A stretch of DNA of 64,000 nt from Chloroflexota bacterium (GTDB lineage Bacteria; Chloroflexota; UBA11872; VXOZ01): contig OZ244922.1 of assembly GCA_965221905.1 (NCBI GenBank), forward strand, positions 2,176,001 through 2,240,000. Direction: 5' to 3'. Shown here piece by piece: positions 59,352 through 64,000 of the stretch; positions within the stretch are counted from its first letter, which is position 1; each line of letters begins with the position of its first letter. A model generated the notes under the pieces. The model was given only the letters and a program-made list of their open reading frames with translations. It was not told the origin of the DNA and made no database searches. The translations under genes were made by a program, and so were the position numbers.

Positions 59352-60671
59352 GTGGCAATCGGAAAAAAGAAACCATTTTCCCATAGCAGCATCCGTGTTG
59401 CCGGTCGGATGTTTGATTCGCTGCGAGTCCAAACCTTCCGCGATCTCTGGATCGGCATGCTCGCTTCGTACATCGGCATGTACATGGGCATGGTGTCTCG
59501 AGGCTACCTTGCCTATGAGATAACAGGCTCTGCCACAGTGCTCGGCATTGTCACGGTGGCGTCGGGAATCCCAATGCTGCTGCTCTCCCCCGTGGGAGGC
59601 GTGCTGGCCGACATCATGAATCGCCGCCTCATTCTCATTCACAGCCAGGTCTTCATGGTGGTGTCCTCCTTGCTCATTGCCGCCCTCATTCACTTTGACC
59701 TGATCGAGATTTGGCACCTTGCCTTCTTCGGGCTGCTGCAAGGAATCCTTTTCACCATCAACATGCCCGCGCGCTCTTCCGCGCTCCCTCATTTGGTCGG
59801 AAGACCGTTGCTTGCCAGCGCAATCGGCCTGACAAACTCCGGACGCAACCTGATGTCAGTGATTGCCCCCGCAATTGCCGGGACCGTCATAGCGATCCCG
59901 TGGTTGGGCACGGCTGGGGCTTTCGACATCTCTGCGGCCTTCTACGTAGGCGCGACGCTGCTCATGCTGCGCCTGCCTGAGAGCTTGGCGGAAAGCCGCA
60001 ATCACACTCAGGTTGCGTTCGGCCAGCAGATGATTGACGGCTTCAGCTACATATTCCTGCAACGACCGCTGCTCATCCTGATCGTGCTCGGACTCATCCC
60101 CATTGTATTTGGCATGCCTCTGCAATCCTTCCTGCCGGTCTTCCAAGCGGATGTGCTTCGCGTTGGCGCGGTTGAGCTCGGATTACTCTATTCGGCAGTG
60201 GGCGTTGGCGGCACGCTCGGATCGCTCATCATAGCGCCGCTTGCAGAAAGTAAGCACAGCCACATTTTGCAACTTGTAATGGGTGTGTTTTTCGGTCTCA
60301 CGCTGATCGCGTTCGCCTACAGCACCTCTTTCACCCTGAGCATGTTCTGCATTGGTCTGGTCGGCTTTGCGGGAAATGCATGTACCGGTTTCAACAGTGC
60401 TTTACTGATGCTGCGCACGGAAGAGGCGTACTTTGGGCGTGTGATGAGCATCTACATGATGAATTGGTCGCTTATGACGCTCTTCACCCTGCCTCTTGGT
60501 ATGCTCGTGGACAAATGGGGCGCGCCACTGGTGACCAGCACCGCTGCTATGGGTATTGTCATCTTTATGGGCGCTGCGTTCATCTTCTTCCGCGATATTC
60601 GCGAAGGCGAGCACCACAGAGATGAATTGAGCGTCGAAACCGGGACTGCGGCTGCCGAGAAAGGCGCCTAA
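59352..60671 (+). CDS. MFS transporter (MFS_3/EntS-like)
   Basis: About 12 TM helices, GGVLADIMNRR, MPAR, YFGRVMS. Confidence 0.92.
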   Translation: MAIGKKKPFSHSSIRVAGRMFDSLRVQTFRDLWIGMLASYIGMYMGMVSRGYLAYEITGSATVLGIVTVASGIPMLLLSPVGGVLADIMNRRLILIHSQVFMVVSSLLIAALIHFDLIEIWHLAFFGLLQGILFTINMPARSSALPHLVGRPLLASAIGLTNSGRNLMSVIAPAIAGTVIAIPWLGTAGAFDISAAFYVGATLLMLRLPESLAESRNHTQVAFGQQMIDGFSYIFLQRPLLILIVLGLIPIVFGMPLQSFLPVFQADVLRVGAVELGLLYSAVGVGGTLGSLIIAPLAESKHSHILQLVMGVFFGLTLIAFAYSTSFTLSMFCIGLVGFAGNACTGFNSALLMLRTEEAYFGRVMSIYMMNWSLMTLFTLPLGMLVDKWGAPLVTSTAAMGIVIFMGAAFIFFRDIREGEHHRDELSVETGTAAAEKGA

Positions 60672-60722
60672 GTGCGGGTGTTCCGAATACTGGCACGCGC
60701 AGGATAGGCCGAGGATTGGTTC

Positions 60723-61484
60723 ATGGTTGCATTACGGGACGAGATAGTCCGTTTTCTGGATGAGTACCTCGACGTGCAGGGGATTCGAGATTACGGCCCC
60801 ATGGGGATGCAAGTAATCGGCAAAGCGGAGGTTGAACGTGTCTCCCTGGCCGTAAGCGCCTCACGTGCCTGCTTTGCGCAAGCCGCAGCCCAGCAGGCCG
60901 ATATGCTCATTGTCCACCACGGTCTGCTGTGGGATAAGGAGAGTCGCGTCATCGGCAAAGTGATGCGGGATCGCTTAGAGCTGTTGTTTCGCCATGACAT
61001 GAGCCTCTTAGGCTATCATCTTTGTCTCGACAAGCACACGGAGATCGGCAACAACGTGCTCGCACTCCGTGCCTTGGGCGCAACACCGATTGAGTTCGAC
61101 TCGCCGCTTGGTGGAGTGGGATACGTGGGAGAGTTTTCGGAACCTGTGGCATGGTCGGAACTTGCAGAGCGAGTGCGGAGCACCTTTGGCGGCGAACCCT
61201 ATCTCTTTCCGCATGGGCCGCCACGTACGTCACGGCTGGGGTTGGTAACCGGCGGCGCCGGGCATGCCTCCCATGTCATGGAAGCGGCGGAACGCGGATG
61301 TAATAGTTACCTCACCGGGAACCTCAGCGAGCCGGCACCGGCAGTGGCCGCTGAGCTCGGCATAAACCTGATCGGCGCCGGTCACTACAACACCGAAAGG
61401 CTCGGCGTCCAGGCTGTCGGCCGCTTGCTGGAAGAGAATTTTGGGGTGAGTGCAGTTTTCATTGACGTGCCCAATCCGCTCTAG
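60723..61484 (+). CDS. Nif3-like dinuclear metal protein (YbgI/DUF34)
   Basis: DYGPMG, VHHG, YHLCLDKH..IGNN, GHYNTE. Confidence 0.93.
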   Translation: MVALRDEIVRFLDEYLDVQGIRDYGPMGMQVIGKAEVERVSLAVSASRACFAQAAAQQADMLIVHHGLLWDKESRVIGKVMRDRLELLFRHDMSLLGYHLCLDKHTEIGNNVLALRALGATPIEFDSPLGGVGYVGEFSEPVAWSELAERVRSTFGGEPYLFPHGPPRTSRLGLVTGGAGHASHVMEAAERGCNSYLTGNLSEPAPAVAAELGINLIGAGHYNTERLGVQAVGRLLEENFGVSAVFIDVPNPL

Positions 61485-61654
61485 GCCTCATCTGCCGCAA
61501 CAGGCAAGAGTTTCTCCCGGGTGGACACTCCTAACTCCGATTGCGCCAAGAGACCTGCCTAAGTTCGACTCTCTTGCGGTTTAGACCGGCTGGAGCCTGA
61601 ACCGGGACCAGCACAGTTTACTTTGGCCCTGAGAATCGTTTGCTTGCAACGGGG

Positions 61655-62740
61655 TTACGACATAAGCAGGCATTCCGCAGCCGACGCGGCGGCTTCTATC
61701 TCAGACCTGTCAGGCTCCTCGCCGCGGTCCGGGCGAAAGCGTACAACAGCGCTTGCCGCGCCATAGGGTCCATAGCACTCAGGAGAAGTGGGGCCAAACA
61801 GTCCGATGACCGGCGTATCCACGGCTGCGGCAAGGTGCATCGGGGCCGAATCATTCCCAATGAACAGGCTGCAATGCTGTATGAGCGCGCCAAGCTGAGC
61901 GAACGACAGCTTTCCCGCCACGTCAATAACCGACGCGTTTGCACTGCCCTGGATTGCTCTGGTGATCGGCATGTCGTCAGGCCCCCCAACGAGGAGAATG
62001 CCGGCGCCATGCGTGTGCGCCAGCTTTTCCGCGAGCGCTGCAAAGGACTTGCTCGGCCAGCGCTTGCTCACCCGATCTTCCCCCGGATTCTTGCCGCCGC
62101 CAGGATGTATCGCAATCAATGGGCGCGTGTTGAGCAAATTGTGCTCCGCCAGCAGTTGCCGCGCTATCTCAATTTCCGCAGCTTGGGGCCGAAAGTGCAA
62201 GCGCGGCTCTTTTGCGTCAAAGCCAACTGCCCGCAACACATCCAGGTAGATTTCGGCTTCATGGCGATCGGCCGGACAAGCCACACCCACGTGCAACGCA
62301 ATCCCGCGGTGGGAGCTATTCAGGCCGGCTCGCCAGGGTATGCCCGCCAAGCGCGGCAGCAACGCCATCAGTGGCGATCGGTCCAACACAAAACAGTGAG
62401 AAAAGTTCTCTTTCCGCAAACGCGCCATACACCTGCTATACGCACCAAGTCCGTAGCGCCCGGGAAAGCCGACACTGCCGGAATCTAGGACACGGTCGCA
62501 ATGGGGGTTTTCTGCCAACGCTTCTTTGGCCCACGTTGTCACCAGCACAGTGATCCGTGCATGCGGGAGGCTGGCGCGCAAAGAAGCAAGAAAAGCCGTG
62601 CTCATCAGCACGTCGCCCAAACTAGCGGGCTTGATCACCAGCACATTCGCGCGATCGGAAGATTGAGGCGGCGCCGTGGGCGCAGTACGCAGGAGCGCGT
62701 GCAAGAAACGGGAGGATTGCTCAATGACGTACGGGTTCAC
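61655..62740 (-). CDS. GT9-family (RfaF-like) glycosyltransferase
   Basis: SLGDVL, HPGGG...KRWP, GNDSAPMHLAAA, LFGPT. Confidence 0.92.
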   Translation of the reverse strand: MNPYVIEQSSRFLHALLRTAPTAPPQSSDRANVLVIKPASLGDVLMSTAFLASLRASLPHARITVLVTTWAKEALAENPHCDRVLDSGSVGFPGRYGLGAYSRCMARLRKENFSHCFVLDRSPLMALLPRLAGIPWRAGLNSSHRGIALHVGVACPADRHEAEIYLDVLRAVGFDAKEPRLHFRPQAAEIEIARQLLAEHNLLNTRPLIAIHPGGGKNPGEDRVSKRWPSKSFAALAEKLAHTHGAGILLVGGPDDMPITRAIQGSANASVIDVAGKLSFAQLGALIQHCSLFIGNDSAPMHLAAAVDTPVIGLFGPTSPECYGPYGAASAVVRFRPDRGEEPDRSEIEAAASAAECLLMS

Positions 62741-62880
62741 AGGATACTGCTACCGGGCCCCAAGCCATGGTGTGCGTCGTTCGCAGAGGTATCGCGTTAA
62801 TTCTAAACGGATGCGGTTCGCAGCGTCTATCCGCCCCAAGAGTCTGCTCAGGTTGCGACTCGGTACGACTAGCCCTTAGC

Positions 62881-64000
62881 ATGACGACTATGCAATCCAC
62901 ACAACAACCTTACCGCTGGCAAACAACGGTTCGAATTCTTTGGATTACACAATTCGCCACTATGGCGGCGTTTGGCTCCAGCCTTACGTTCATACCCTTG
63001 TACATCCTCGAGCTTGGTATTCCGGATGCCCGCCAAGCCGCATTGTGGGCGGGGATCGTCGCGGGCGGCGCCGGCATCAGTATGGCTGTCTTTTCCCCTA
63101 TCTGGGGCATTCTCGCCGACCGCTTCGGCAAGAAGCTCATGTTAGAGCGTGCTTTCTTGGGAGCAACCGTCACCCTGCTGCTCATGGGACTCGCCCAGTC
63201 CGCACCGCAACTCTTGGTGTTGCGTGTGATCCAAGGGTCGCTGTCCGGCACTACCACCGCCATCAGCACGCTCGTCGCTTCCATCACGCCCCAGGAGCAC
63301 TTAGGGCGCGTGCTGGGATCATTGCAAATGTCGATATTTGCGGGGACGACGGTCGGCCCTTTCGTTGGCGGCGTGCTGGCTGATACCTTAGGCTACCGCG
63401 TAGCATTCATCACAACGAGTTTTGTCTGCCTTGGCGCAGGAATCGCAGTAATCACGCTGGTACACGAACCCCCACAAAAGAAGCAGCCGCCGGCGGCTTT
63501 CCGGCTGCCGCAATTCCGCAACCCTTTTGGCAACAGCATGCTCAGAACGGTCTTCATGCTAGCGCCGGCGATTTTCATAGTACAGTTTGCGTCCATGGCA
63601 GCGAGACCCATATTCCCGCTCTTCGTCGCCGAAATTGCCACGACTTCCGACATAGCTAGTTTCGCCGGACTTGAATTAGACGACTTCATAGCAACCATCG
63701 CCGGGCTTCTCATCGCCACGACCGGTGTGGTGGCGACTTTCTGCTCCTTGATAACGGGGCGATTTATCGACTCGCAGCGCGCTCGCCTGCTTCTCATCGT
63801 GGCAGTTGTCGGCAGCGCTTTGACCAATGTCGGTCACGCGCTTGTCGCATCCCTCTTGCAGCTTTGGATCGTCCGCATACTGCTCGGCACCTGCAACGGC
63901 ATTTGGGCGCCAACCTACAGCGCGACCGTCGGGCTCAGCGTGCCGTCCGAACGACGCGGGCTGGCGTTCGGCATTTCGGCCAGCGCATCCTCTTTGGGCA
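62881..64000 (+). CDS. MFS drug:H+ antiporter (DHA1, MdtG-like), 3'-truncated by the window edge
   Basis: Absent from the ORF track because it has no stop in the window; reads SPIWGILADRFGKKLMLERA...LRVIQG...GPFVGGVLAD. Confidence 0.9.
   Translation, partial: MTTMQSTQQPYRWQTTVRILWITQFATMAAFGSSLTFIPLYILELGIPDARQAALWAGIVAGGAGISMAVFSPIWGILADRFGKKLMLERAFLGATVTLLLMGLAQSAPQLLVLRVIQGSLSGTTTAISTLVASITPQEHLGRVLGSLQMSIFAGTTVGPFVGGVLADTLGYRVAFITTSFVCLGAGIAVITLVHEPPQKKQPPAAFRLPQFRNPFGNSMLRTVFMLAPAIFIVQFASMAARPIFPLFVAEIATTSDIASFAGLELDDFIATIAGLLIATTGVVATFCSLITGRFIDSQRARLLLIVAVVGSALTNVGHALVASLLQLWIVRILLGTCNGIWAPTYSATVGLSVPSERRGLAFGISASASSLG

Overview
About 64 kb of moderately GC-rich bacterial chromosome, most likely from a Chloroflexota member (inferred from the YFPETGH-type repeats, the alternative complex III genes and the long-insert RimI). 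It carries about 55 CDSs. The window opens with the end of an alternative complex III operon in an unusual order (Fe-S subunit, ActF-like, ActC, ActD, ActE, small membrane protein), then a rhodanese, a His-rich beta-propeller lipoprotein, a SpoIID-type lytic transglycosylase and thrS. It continues with a LarA racemase, thiL-tsaE-tsaB-rimI-tsaD, thiD, dnaN, pdxS-pdxT, infC (AUA start), obgE, two catabolic clusters (sulfatase/phosphodiesterase/oxidoreductases, and a sugar ABC transporter with oxidoreductases and epimerases), two MFS transporters and a GT9 glycosyltransferase. I found no rRNA, tRNA, CRISPR array or transposase. The most notable observations are: (1) three tandem, mosaic lipoproteins that fuse a copper-site-degenerate cupredoxin-like domain and Ig-like domains to a PQQ sugar dehydrogenase; (2) an ECF sigma factor fused to a membrane helix and beta-propeller, lacking the DAED motif; (3) an unannotated Thr-Thr leader peptide with terminator/antiterminator upstream of thrS; (4) a PP2C pseudo-phosphatase fused to a membrane segment and propeller; (5) an orphan HTH protein directly behind infC. 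All functional calls come from motifs read by eye; no database searches were run.
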